Below, in pieces: positions 28,801 to 40,167 of a stretch of DNA of 64,000 bases. The translations under genes and the position numbers were made by a program. The notes below the pieces were generated by a model that worked only from the letters and a program-made list of their open reading frames with translations, was not told where the DNA came from and did not search any database. Numbering within the stretch: the stretch's first letter is position 1; each line of letters starts with the position of its first letter. The stretch covers positions 23,374,001 to 23,438,000 of the forward strand of contig OZ241827.1 of the NCBI GenBank assembly GCA_965202585.1. The letters run 5' to 3'. The DNA is from Thalia democratica. Taxonomy: Eukaryota.

Positions 28801-31800
28801 AAAAATTAAGAAAATTTATTTTAGTATAAAAACATTGTTTGTTTTACAATCGAATTAAAATATTTGAACTAACAGAACAAAAATTTTGATTCATCAGGCG
28901 AGTTGATCGAGGCGAGGTCTCCACCTGCGGCCTGACAAGCCGATCTGGCATCGAACCACGTGCGCGTCTGATCCCCGTTTATCTGGAGTAGTATCACATA
29001 TTTATACAAGAGATTTATAAAAAACATTTTAATCAGTTCCGGCACGAAACAGAATTAGCCTATTTATGATTGTAGAATTTTTTTTTATTAGTTACAAACT
29101 GACGAGGTAGCATTGAGTTGATGACGGGTCTGAGAACCATCCACCTCCCCCGCACTTGTCTTGGTCGGGTGAAACTGGAAGAAAAATATTTACAGATAAA
29201 TCAAACTTTTTTGACTTTCTTGTATAAAGATTTTTAAACATCATTTTCAGTGTTTTTTTTTAATTACTACATTTCAGTACAAATTTTGTTTTTATTAGTA
29301 TTAAAAACAGAACACCAACCAGTAGTTTGAATAACGATGGTCCGGATGCCAGAGTCTGTGTAAAAGTTTGTGATGTTTGATTAATTGAAACAATCATATT
29401 GGAACTTTAACGCAATGTTTAATCTAAAGTAACTGTTCGGAAAGAAATATCAACAAGCTTTTTTTGTACACAAAAACTCACTGTCTTCCTTTTTGCACAA
29501 GGGTCGCCTGTAGAGGGCGCAATCTTCATCATTCCAATCCCCGTTGGCCTTCATGGAAACGCAATTCAAAGTCTTTGTTGCGTTCACACCCCAGTTTTCA
29601 AATATTATGGTACTTTTGTCGTTCCATTCGTATGCAGAAGCCCCCATTTCGAGACCGATCCAGTACTTTTGCTGAGAGTGTCCTGAAAGTATTTGTTGGA
29701 CTTTTTAGCAAGTTTTGTGCGGAAAGAAATAATATCATAAAACAAACTAAAAGTATTTTTTCAAGTTTTTCATGTCTTGTATTTATGTTGAGAAACGGTT
29801 TGCTAGAGTAGTATAATTAAAGTTCATTCAAAGTCCTATAGTTTTAAAATTAAAAAAAGGAAAATATCAGCAAAAAATTGGAGTAATAAACCTAGTTAAC
29901 AATAACAATTATGTATGTTTTCAATTTCCTGAAACCCGAGCTAAAGTACAAAGTGCCTACTACAAAGTTTTGACCGTTTATTATTACTCTAATTAAAACA
30001 GAGACTACCAAACTATTTTTTAGCAACGAACCCACAAGGAAGCTTTGCTCGTTTTCATCCAGAATCGATGTCAGCATTCCGTTGTTCTGTTGGCAGAATT
30101 CCTTGGATTTTTGAAAAGTCATGCTGCTGGTTTCAAACTTGTAACACTTGCCATTGTAGTGTCTCCATCCTTCGTCACATTTGCCGTCGACTATATGACG
30201 TAACAATTTAGTGTTTTATTACTTTAGCTGTCTTTTTAGACGCAAAAAGTACAAATAGTTTGGATTTATTAAAGGTCTTTAGTCACACAGCTTGCTTTAC
30301 AATTAAATTTTTTCGAGTGTTTTGTTTAAAAAGTAAGAAAAGTTTTATAAACTTTTTAATCCTTATTAAGTTTTAGTTTTTTACAAGCCTACTTGTTTTT
30401 TTTTTGTTTAATTTTACAACTGTTTGTACAATTTTGCTTAATAAATAAAGAAATATGTACTACATATATTTATATATTATTTTATAGAACAGCTATCATT
30501 TTTTAACTGTATTTTACACTCTTGCAACTAACTAGTGATGGTTCCACTACCACTGGGAGCCAACTTGGCACCTTCAGGAACCGTGCAGACGTATGGAAGT
30601 TGCCTGAAACAATCCCCACTTTCCCAGTTGTTCACGTTGTTGCCCGTGTAAATCGTCATACAGTCGTCTCTACCTATCAAACAAAAAATTTACAACATTA
30701 GCAAGTATCTAATGTTTTAAACAGTTTACTTACAAAAGTGTTCGAATATTTCTGTGCTATTTTTTTTCTTTGTTTAAATTTCTTGCTATATTTATGTTTT
30801 CTTGTAAGGAAATATTCACTTAAAGAAATAGATACAAAACTACTACGCGAAAAAGCACATACAACATAGTATTTAAGTATATAAACTTTAGAAAAATTAA
30901 AGATAAATTTTACTTTGTTGTTGAAAAAGTTACTACTAAAGAATTATAACTATAATGTAGTAATTTATTAACTTCTTTTTTAAGTGAATAAGACCTACAA
31001 CTATTTTTTGGCTACATCGAAACAGAAAAATAAAATGTGAACATTTTATTTAATTTATTTAGTGTCTAAAAGAATTCAAATTTCCTATTAATATAAACTT
31101 ATAACTATCTAATTAAAACAATAAACAAAACGAAACTCGCAGACAAACAATAATTTAAAACTTGTTTTTTTCTAACTTTGTACGTTTTTAGGGTAACCGG
31201 CCTGCCAGTAGTACTTCTCAATTGGTGACCCGTCGGACCACCGCCAGTTGCCATCGCTACCTATGTCCGAGCCTCCCAACCACAGCTGATCGTGACCAAT
31301 TCCGCGAAGGGCCTCCAAGATGGATGCAAAATAAATCTGCTCCGAGTCACTGCAGTTGTAATTTGTTTTTAGTTTTTGTTTGATGGGGTAGTAAAATTTT
31401 ACAAACTTTAGTTCCAAATATATTTTTTAATGTATTGTCTAAATATTTATGGTTTAATATTTTGCGTAGTAAGTTCTAAAACATTTAGTTATTTTTTACG
31501 TTTTTTTTTTTTGACAATAAATTATTATAGAATCCTTAATACTTATCAAAACAAAAGTCTATTTTTGGTATAAGAAAAGTATATTTTAGTTTAATATGTA
31601 ATTTCCACTACCTTCATGCTTTTAACAGGTATATAAATAACAAAACAGAGACTGACACTTAATGGTAACTAATTATTTGATAGAGAACTTAAAATTTAAA
31701 GTCTTTGTTTTAATCACCTTTCAATTTTTAGCATTTCAGCGCCGATAAACTTGCACTCCTCCTTGGCATTGGTCCAGGTCTGAACCCTGTTGGCGTTGAT

Positions 31801-34800
31801 GACTATTTCGTAACACTTGCCGTCCAACAGTGTCCATCCTGCCGGGCAGTCACCTGAAAGTAGGTTAGAATCACAATTTTCTAGATTGAATAGTTCAAGC
31901 AAAACCTTTGTAATAAAACTTAAATGATCACTGTGCAAAAAAAAATCTTTTTAAAGGTAGGGGTCGGTAGCCATTTATAAGTGACCGGCTAATTTTCTTA
32001 GAAAATGTTGCTCGCGGGTTGCAATCTATAGTAAAATGGGGTTCTTAGGCCGCAGTTATTCTAATTAATGTAGCAATAAATTCAAACTAAAATACAACAA
32101 AGTAATCAATAATAAAAGACTAAGAGTTACTAATTATCAATATTAGATGTAATTCCTCACTACAATTTTTTAATTTTTTTATAGATATTAGCTAAAAAGT
32201 AAATATCGGGAAGCATATTTATGCTTTGCGGTCGCATTTGGCCCGCAAGTTGCAGTTTGCCGACCCCTTATCTAAGATTTTATTTAAAGGTTCTACTCGT
32301 TTTTTAGGTATCAAAAGAGGTATAAATTAAATACTTTAAGTCAGGTAAATTTAATATAAGCCTGCATTGAAGCCAAACAGATCTTTAAAACTCCTAGACA
32401 TCAATTTTTCTTTATTTTTTTAAAATTGTACAAAACAAGTTAAGAAGAACTGTAAGTTATTGTTAAAAAAATAATGTTAAAACTGAAATGAACATTTGTC
32501 TGCTTTAATATTTATTTTTCAAATTTAGATAAGATATTGCCACTTTGAATTTAAGATTCAAAAAGCATAAACAACAAGTCTGTTCCACGAACCGATAAGA
32601 CCACGTTCACATATAAACTGGAGCGGCTTGCTACACTTAGTAACTGTCCACTTCCAACTATTCGGCTCGGTCATCTGGACACATGAGCTTCCCGTGTACT
32701 GAGGTCTGTTGAGGAAAATTTACTTGGTTTACTTTAAACATTTTTGTCATTATAAAAAATACTTATAAATTCTTAAACTATGCGTGCTATAAACATCAAA
32801 CTTGTATGATACATACTTTAGTTATTTTTTAAGGCCTGCCGAATAATCAAGTATATTAAGTTATAGATTATTTTACTAAAGAAATTATTAAAATGTAAGG
32901 CAAGTTTAAATTTTTTTAATAATTTACATTAAAACCGAATAAAAATAAAAGTTTGTTATAGAAAGAGTCTTTGAGCTTGCTTTTTATAGAATAGAATATT
33001 TATTTAACGTAAACTTATATTGTTCTTGTGTGCGAATTCATACTAAAATCTACTGGGTTGTCTCGAAACAGCGTAGAAATTTCATTAAACTTACTAACTT
33101 TTTACAAGTTTAATATTTTTACTTGTCATTATAATTTAAAATAATTATGAAAGTTAAAATATAATCACAAAAAGAATAATTTATAACATTATTTGTTTAA
33201 ACAAAAACCTTGAACTTAAAAACTATTCATAATTACTATAAATTTTAATTTTAGCTAATTGCCTGAAAATCAGTAAAAAAGCTAAACTTTGCCCCAGTAA
33301 AGTAAACATTGTGCTGATATAGTATTTTATTTATTTGTTTTGAAAATTTAAAACTTTTATCTATAGGTTTTCTCCTTTGTAATATGCAATTAATGTTAGA
33401 ACAAACATGTTAGCAATGTCAACAAATGCACTACAAACATAAACGTGACTATTTTAAAACAATTGTTTTCATACAGGCAACGTTAAGTAAACAAATTCAA
33501 ATTTTTAGTTGAATAATTTTTATACTTTTATTTTATTTTTGTTTTAAAATTCTAAAAATTTCATGTTTGTGCTTCTACTGAAAATGTAAGTAAACATTAT
33601 ACATTGAAAATAGTCCGTTAAACATTTTTTTAAATTATTAACAAAAATATATTATTATTAAGGACAGGTTTTTAGTACGCAAGTTATATTTACTTGCTTA
33701 CGCACTTGAAATACTATTTTTGATTCAAGTACTTTTTTTTTAATAAACTATCTTACTAATTAAAACTTGAACTTTATTTCATTACAAAGTATAGGAACTT
33801 GTTGTTCGTTGTACATCTACTAGATTAAAAATTTTAATATGTTAGTAACTGTCAATTTTTTATTGACTATAAAAAAATTTGAGTTAAAAAAGTCCCAAGT
33901 GCAGATACTAGTTTTGGTATACAACGTCGTCGTTTGAGCTCATTTCACATTCAGCTACGAAACAAGCGTTTTAGACATATTAATTTTTTTAATTAAACTA
34001 TTGCTTGGTTTTCTTTAGTTTAAAAATGCACTTTTTAAAGGTTACATTTAATAATAAATTCTCACTTTGGGGGTGTACCGCTTTTGAAATTTGTGTAAGT
34101 GTTGTCTGCGGCAGAAGGGTCCACCCAGCTAAAACTCCCTGGTGTTACCTGAATAAGAAATATTTAAAAAAAAATTAATCGACTTTTTTATAACTGAATA
34201 ATCTTTTATTTTTCTCTAAAAACTTAAAAAGGTTCTAAAATCTTGCTTGCTATGCCTAAAAACCTCTTCAAGTATACTGGTACAAAACTTTGATTACCGA
34301 CTAACTAGATTTTTTTCTTATTTACTGTAAGTTTACTTTAATATATATTTTAACTTGACAGTATCTTTAGAAATTACAATTAAATTAGAAAACGTTAGAC
34401 AGTCTATAAAATTTTGCAAAAACTTCATAGTATTGGACTAAAAAGTTATAAAAATGTCAAATTCTAACTTTACGCTTTTGTTCAATTTTACTTTACAGAG
34501 GAACAGTTTACACAAAAAAATCAACTCACGGTATCGGAGTACCCTATGTAGTACTCTTTGTTCTGCGATTTATCGACAAGCCCCTCGACGAAAGCCTCCT
34601 CGTCTTGTGATTGGACGGAAACCAGCCAGGATCCCTGCCCTCTGATTTGTTAATTAGATTTACATTTTGATTTTAACATAAGTAAACAAAATTGCTAATA
34701 AGTTTCAAACAGCGCAAACCAATATGATTTTTTTGCTTTGATTATTAGAAATTTTTTAAAAAACAAACGTATAAAATAAAACAGTTGCATGCTACCTTAT

Positions 34801-37800
34801 ACTTATTTTTATGGTTTTAATGGGATTTGTTTATTAATAAAGCACAATTTTCAATGGTAAAGGTAAATTTCAAATAAATTTTTATAAACATTCTGAAGCT
34901 TTATAGATAAAGCTGCATTTAAAATAAGATAAAAAGGAACGGTGTATTTAATAATAAAAAAAAATTAAAGATTTTGTAAAGGTACTTTTCTTTTTTTTAC
35001 TTCTTTTATCTACAACATTCTGTCTCAGCCACATGAAAAAGTTGCTACTTACAGCTTTACGTCAAATAGTACATATGTTTAAAATTTAGTTTAAAGGTTT
35101 TAAGTGCTCTTTTATGTTAAAAAAGTTTTTTTTAATTCGGTTATACAACATCTACACAAGCTATTGTTACGTACTTGCACTCAAGATCGGCTTCGTGCCA
35201 CGTTTTTGCTTCACTGCTGGGCTTGTAGCAGCTGTCGCTACCTGGCCTTTCGGACCAACCTTGTGGACATTTGGCCGATTGGGCTGAAACATTTTAAAAC
35301 TTAAAAAAAGTGCTTGTGTCTATAAACTACTACCAAAGTGTAATTTAAAAAATGCTTGTAAACTACGTATAAGCTATCTTGTGTATAAACATAAACACAG
35401 TCAACCAAAAAATGATTTTTAGGTTTTTCAAAAAACTGAGTTTCGCGAAACTACCTGACGGGGCGCGGCAAATGTAGTTGGTGGCGCGGTTGCAGCTGTC
35501 ATCGTTCCACTTCCCCCTCTGCAACGGGGGATCCACCATCATCTGCACGCAGTCCTCGTCCCCTTTGTTGTTCGGCTCCCCTATCAACCAGTTGCTATAA
35601 AAAAATATAAAATATTTAGCAGCGGTGCAGTGACAAGTCTTACGTAGAAAATAAGTTTTGTAATTTACGCCTTGAAAAGAAAAGCAGTGTTCTGAATTAT
35701 TACTTTTTTGTTGTTTTTCAAATAAAATAAAAAATTATAGGAGTTTTAAGGTTTCCTTTAAATTTTAATTTTCCTCTTACTTACAAGCTAGTTTTTGAAT
35801 AATTTTTATTTAATTTTTCAATAGTTTTCTTTAAATCACATGTTTGTAAAAAAATAAGTCGGTTTATGTAAGTTGTGTTTTTTACATCTTTCAAAACTAA
35901 ATTTGTAACTATAGTTCAACTAAACTAAATTTTAAAGTTACATAAAAATTAAACAAATATCAACTAATTAGTATGAATGTTAAAGATCGTAAAGTTTTGG
36001 GTCAAACTTGTTTACTCTTGCATGTGTTTTATTTGATTTGTAGTAATAAAAAATTTAAAACCAACTAATAAACAACAGTAGTATTTTCCTTGATTTTAAG
36101 ATTAAGCTTAATAAGTTAAGTGTAATATTCAAAATAGTTTTAAAGTTTTTGTTTACAATATAAAGGTTTAATTAAAAACGGTTTTTTGATAATTACAAAA
36201 AAAAAGTTGTAGATTTTTGGCTGAAATTCTTTATTTCAAAGTATTAGTTTTTAAGTCATTAAATTAAATTTACCTTAATCTTAATATTTTTAACAAACAC
36301 TAAACTATAAAAGAAGTGTGTCTAATCTGAGTTTCACTTTTAGTAGAACATCTAAAACTGACATGAACTAAATCTAAAAATATAACCCTTGTTCAAATAG
36401 AAAGATAAAGACTTAACACACGATTTATATTAATGATGTTGGATCGTTTACCTTGTAAGATCGTCATAAGGAATAGGATCTCCGATCCAATTGTACGTTC
36501 CTTCGGCATTCAAGTCGTTCAAACCAATCCACCACCTTATATTGTTCGATGTTTCTACTTTCTTGTACGCCCAATCCTATTTAAACATAAAATTTAGTTT
36601 AAAAATAAACTAGAGCATAAACTATAAATTAGTTTTAAATGAAAAACACCAGTATTTTACTAATTATCAGATTTGATACTAATACCAGCTTTTTGCACAA
36701 AACTTAAAGTTATTATACCTAAATGTTTATAAAAAATATATATTTACTTTAAGAAACCAACAAAGTTATAATACAAGTCAGTAATACTTAAAGTAATATT
36801 TTACTACATGTTAGGAAGTAAATAAGTTTATTTAAGTTTTAGAAATTTTGAAGTGTAAATCTTTTTATTGAAAATAAAAAACTTTAAGACGTATTAAACA
36901 GCGTCGTGTCATATATAGCAATAAGATTGCACATCATTTAACTAATAAAAAAAATAACATAACTTGGGTTTTCTTCAAAAAAATGTTTCACAAGTAAAAC
37001 TTTTGCTAAAAAAAAAACAAGCTTTATGACGTCACAACCAACCTGTTCGGCGGGGGAAGCGAACCAGGCTAAGTGACCTCCGTTCATCTGGCAGGTCGAT
37101 TCGGCTGCCGTCCACGACTGCACGGGGTCTAGGCCCAATGTCTGGAAGGAAAAGTACCAGCAGTCGTTGCCGTAAAACTCCCAGTCCTGCGGGCACGTCG
37201 GCGCCGAACCTGTAGCAAAATATTATTGTTTGATTATTTAAATTATTTTGTTTTTCAAATCTGTTTGAAGATATAATAAGTAATAAAAAGTTAGTTTAAT
37301 ACGGTATTTATGTCGTTTAACCAAGGTTTTGCAGGCCGTAGGACATTTTACTTTTACATTTATTTAAACTTTGAAAGCTGTTTATAATCTGTTTTAACAA
37401 GTTAGAAATTATTCATTTTTGATGTTTCAGTATAGTTTAAGTGAGAATAAACTATTTTCTTAGAGTGCTTTAAAAGTTTTTCTGTTGCCCGTTAGTATTT
37501 TTATAATACTAAGTATTTTAAAGAGTATAAATACTTTAATTATGAAAGTCAGTACATTGTTAAAATAAAAGTCTGTAAGATATTGTTTCTGTTATGTTGA
37601 TATGTTTATTCTATAATTATAGGTTTTCTCCCATTGTCCCTGTTACTTTTTAATAGAAGTATTTTTGTATGCTTGTGTTTTTTAAATCTTAAAAAATTAA
37701 GATATGCCTGTGTTTTTATTAATCTATTATTTCTTTATTTATATTATCCGACAGATAACTAAATATATTGATAAAAATACTTACCTTTTCGAATGAGCAT

Positions 37801-38023
37801 ACTTCATTATATTATGCAGTTATATAAGTAAAGTAATAATGTATAAAACAAGTTCAATTTTTTCAGATTAACAAAGTTCGGAATGTTAATTCAACAATGA
37901 AAACTAATGATCTAAACTTTTACAAATGAGTTGTTTTTGTGCCCTAAGTTAGTATAAAAAAATAGTATGCTTACTTGTTAGAAGAGGTAGAAATAAAAAT
38001 ATTGCAGTTTTTAATGATAACAT
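7829..38023 (-). CDS. Mannose-receptor-like multi-C-type-lectin mosaic type I membrane protein (SP-CTLDx5-FA58C-FA58C[kringle]-LCCL-CTLDx7[FN2 in CTLD7]-trefoil-TM), about 2495 aa
   Basis: 56 exons, all GT-AG and phase-compatible: 37975-38023, 37043-37209, 36452-36576, 35455-35594, 35175-35283, 34530-34641, 34066-34148, 32593-32705, 31718-31853, 31177-31349, 30533-30673, 30032-30190, 29482-29682, 29320-29355, 29104-29174, 28874-28982, 28370-28516, 27839-28022, 27463-27586, 27050-27172, 26143-26280, 25564-25705, 25155-25271, 24309-24417, 23884-24017, 23322-23401, 22906-23028, 22591-22753, 22084-22214, 21704-21837, 21097-21137, 20646-20831, 20001-20131, 19517-19682, 19174-19307, 18673-18820, 18025-18213, 17511-17665, 16944-17157, 16252-16351, 15766-15901, 15250-15450, 14381-14477, 13569-13756, 12900-12983, 12452-12595, 11934-12180, 11703(or 11700)-11815, 11054-11181, 10601-10781, 10107-10278, 9710-9877, 8922-9068, 8524-8589, 8111-8277, 7829-7840. 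The sum is 7488 nt in one open frame. CTLD motifs seen include C-x2-GW, WIGL, EPN and WND. Confidence 0.93.
8111..8277 (-). other. Transmembrane helix and cytoplasmic tail exon
   Basis: [24 protein letters not shown], then a KK stop-transfer. The tail contains GFDNPMAF, followed by donor GTAAGT and a last exon SNA* at 7829-7840. Confidence 0.88.
8922..9068 (-). other. P-type trefoil domain exon
   Basis: [30 protein letters not shown]...GCFYP: six-Cys trefoil pattern in a phase 1-1 exon. Confidence 0.9.
9710..20831 (-). other. C-type lectin domains 6-12; a fibronectin type II module sits inside CTLD7 (exon 18025-18213)
   Basis: Seven CTLDs. The FN2 reads [16 protein letters not shown]...[17 protein letters not shown] and lies between ...NWNVGQP and ...[17 protein letters not shown]...FVCEK. 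Confidence 0.88.
21097..22214 (-). other. LCCL domain
   Basis: TIDCPAGC...VYGGG...[15 protein letters not shown]...GGSV...[11 protein letters not shown]. Confidence 0.88.
22591..25271 (-). other. FA58C domain 2, interrupted by a kringle domain (exons 24309-24417 and 23884-24017)
   Basis: [21 protein letters not shown]...ARATLQND / kringle C...[18 protein letters not shown]...[16 protein letters not shown]...[10 protein letters not shown] / [15 protein letters not shown]...ITLYG...YNIQFSDDG...LRLIPRTW...FEVMGC. Confidence 0.88.
25564..27586 (-). other. Discoidin/F5-8 type C (FA58C) domain 1
   Basis: [10 protein letters not shown]...GAWRGRLN...GGWQP...EPWLQVDF...KGVITQGR...WVTKYKV...FGGNSD...RLYPLEW...MRLEYIGC. 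Confidence 0.9.
27839..37209 (-). other. C-type lectin domains 1-5 of the receptor
   Basis: Five CTLDs starting CPQDW, CPQGW, CPAGW, CDEGW and CGGGGW, with W/Y-I/L-G core motifs. EPN plus WND occurs in CTLD1 and CTLD5. Confidence 0.9.
31958..32269. mobile_element. hAT (Charlie-like) MITE in a lectin intron
   Basis: Ends TAGGGGTCGG...TGCCGACCCCT, with a GC-rich subterminal GGCCCGCAAGTTGCAGTTTGCCGACCCCT. No clean TSD. Confidence 0.6.
37975..38023 (-). CDS. First coding exon of the lectin gene: signal peptide
   Basis: ATG at 38023 reads [16 protein letters not shown], followed by a phase-1 donor GTAAGC. Joined to the exon starting at 37209 it gives ...[13 protein letters not shown]. Confidence 0.8.
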
Positions 38024-39562
38024 TTTTGTTCTATGTCCTTCATTAAAGTGTTTTGTATTTATAATTTGTTTAGTTTGTATCTTTCAAAAACTATTTTACT
38101 TTAGTTTCTGTAATAATAAAGGCTATCATCAGCATTTTAGTGAGTTAAAAAAAGTAATAAAAAAATTACATAAATATTAAACATTTCTTCTGTAAATTTT
38201 GACTAAAAATTCGTCAACTTGGTATGCAAATTATTGTTGGTCGACTTTAAAAAAAAGTACTGTCGTTTAAAAAAAGCTCTTTCAAAATTTAAAAGCAAGT
38301 CAAATGTTTTTTAAATACAACCACTTACGATTACAAATACTGTTTATAACATATCGAAAAGTACTCTAAATCAGTAGGAACATACAAACAAATTTCAAAA
38401 CTAGTAAATAGACCTTACATATGTTTTACATTTTAAAACACTCTAAACTATAATTTAAACTCTGATTTTTAATACTATATCAGTATATAAACTAAAAACA
38501 ATTGTTACAAAACGGTAAAAACTGTTTTTGATGAAGTTAAAGCAATTTTTATACATCTGCAGTTATATTATACTTTATCGGTTGAAAAAAAACTTGATTA
38601 AATAACCAAAGCGAATAACACAAAATAATATATGGAAACTTTATTTTTGTTTACAGATTAATCATTACTTTTGTTGTTCGGATTGCATTGATTGCGCTAA
38701 TCAAATTCAACGTTGAAACAAATAACGTTTCTATAAACAATTTTCCGTTTGTTTAGTTGATTGCATTATCATGGTCTTTCAAGGATGTTTAGTTTTTCAG
38801 ATAATAGATGAAATTTATTTATAAAAACAGATATAAATTCCACATTTGAAAATTTTTAAGTCATTTCATATCTGTTTTTTTAAGTTTTTATCTAATTTAA
38901 ACGTGTTTTGTGTATTAGGTAGCGTTTTAAAAGTTTATAAACACAAAGCAAATAGTTCCCGTAACATTACTTTTTTTGAATATTTTATTTAAAAAGCTTT
39001 TAATTTTTCGTCATACTTTTTTTTCTATGGTACATTTACAAACATGTTTAAAACTACTGAAAATGATAAGCTTATAAACTTTTTTGACCAATTATTTATT
39101 GACTTATTTTTAACAGTCATTTTACTTAAAAAAAGCAAGGTTTCTTAAGTTAAGTAAAAAATTAAGTTTGTTTGTTGTGTAAACATTTTTCAGTAAAAAC
39201 AATTAAAATTTCGCCACAAAGACAAAATATTTTGAATGCTTGATTTTTTAAACAAACAAAATACTTGATTAGTAAAATGACAATACAAAAATACTAAACT
39301 TCACTTTTTGAAAAGTTTTACTTACATAAAACACCTCATAAACTGCTAAAGTACAATAATAGTATTTATTTTATATGTTTTATAATATAAACTAGTAGTT
39401 TGTAAGTTTACAGGTATAAATAAATTTTTATTGTTTAAACCTGTAAAATTTATTATTTTAAACTTTTTATAAATATAATTCCACAGTAAATTTAACAAGT
39501 GTGTATTTTTGTAAGTTATTTTAATTCTTAAATTTACGTATCTAAAACAAGGTTGATTAGAG

Positions 39563-39843
39563 GGTCGGTGGACTGAGCTCACAAATCAAAGATATACTTT
39601 CCGGGAGGTACTTTCCAGCTAAAACTATACTTTTTTAAAACTAACAAGTACGATCTCAACCTTATGCTATGTGTTACATAGTGAATTTTTTATTAATATT
39701 TGACTTCACTTTTTGTTTAAAACAGCTTATTTTTATTGATTAATGTAATTTGTTAAAATAATAGCGGCCTGCGGAAGACTTATTTATATGCAGTACTGCC
39801 CGCGAGTCTACGAAAGTGAGCCGGCTATCACTGCCGACCTCTG
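39563..39843. mobile_element. hAT MITE with an 8-bp TSD
   Basis: GATTAGAG flanks both sides (39555-39562 and 39844-39851). The right TIR is TGCCGACCTCTG; the left TIR GGTCGG lacks its first 4 nt. Confidence 0.7.
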
Positions 39844-40167
39844 GATTAGAGAATACCAAAAAGTATACTTTAACAACGTCATAACTTTAATTAAAAAATG
39901 TTTCAACGTTTTATGACAACTCGTTTTTTAGTGATATTGTAAAGTCTCAATACAAATTCATAAACTTAGTCACATTGTTTAAAATGATTAGTTCCAAAGG
40001 AAGAAAAGTCCTTAAAAACAATATTAATTACTTGTAATTCATGAAATATTTAGTTAGCTAAAAAAGGAATTATAAAGCTATCAATCGTATTAAGACCAAA
40101 AAAAAATTGCAACACAAACATCCAAAAACATTTATTAAATAATAGACTGAATTTTTTTATTGATAAA

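Noticed and set aside
37785-37860. Strong donor AAG|GTAAGT on the minus strand as the lectin first exon
   Set aside because: The in-phase frame has TAA TGA just upstream and yields only MLIRKG. The 37975-38023 exon gives a proper signal peptide in the same phase.
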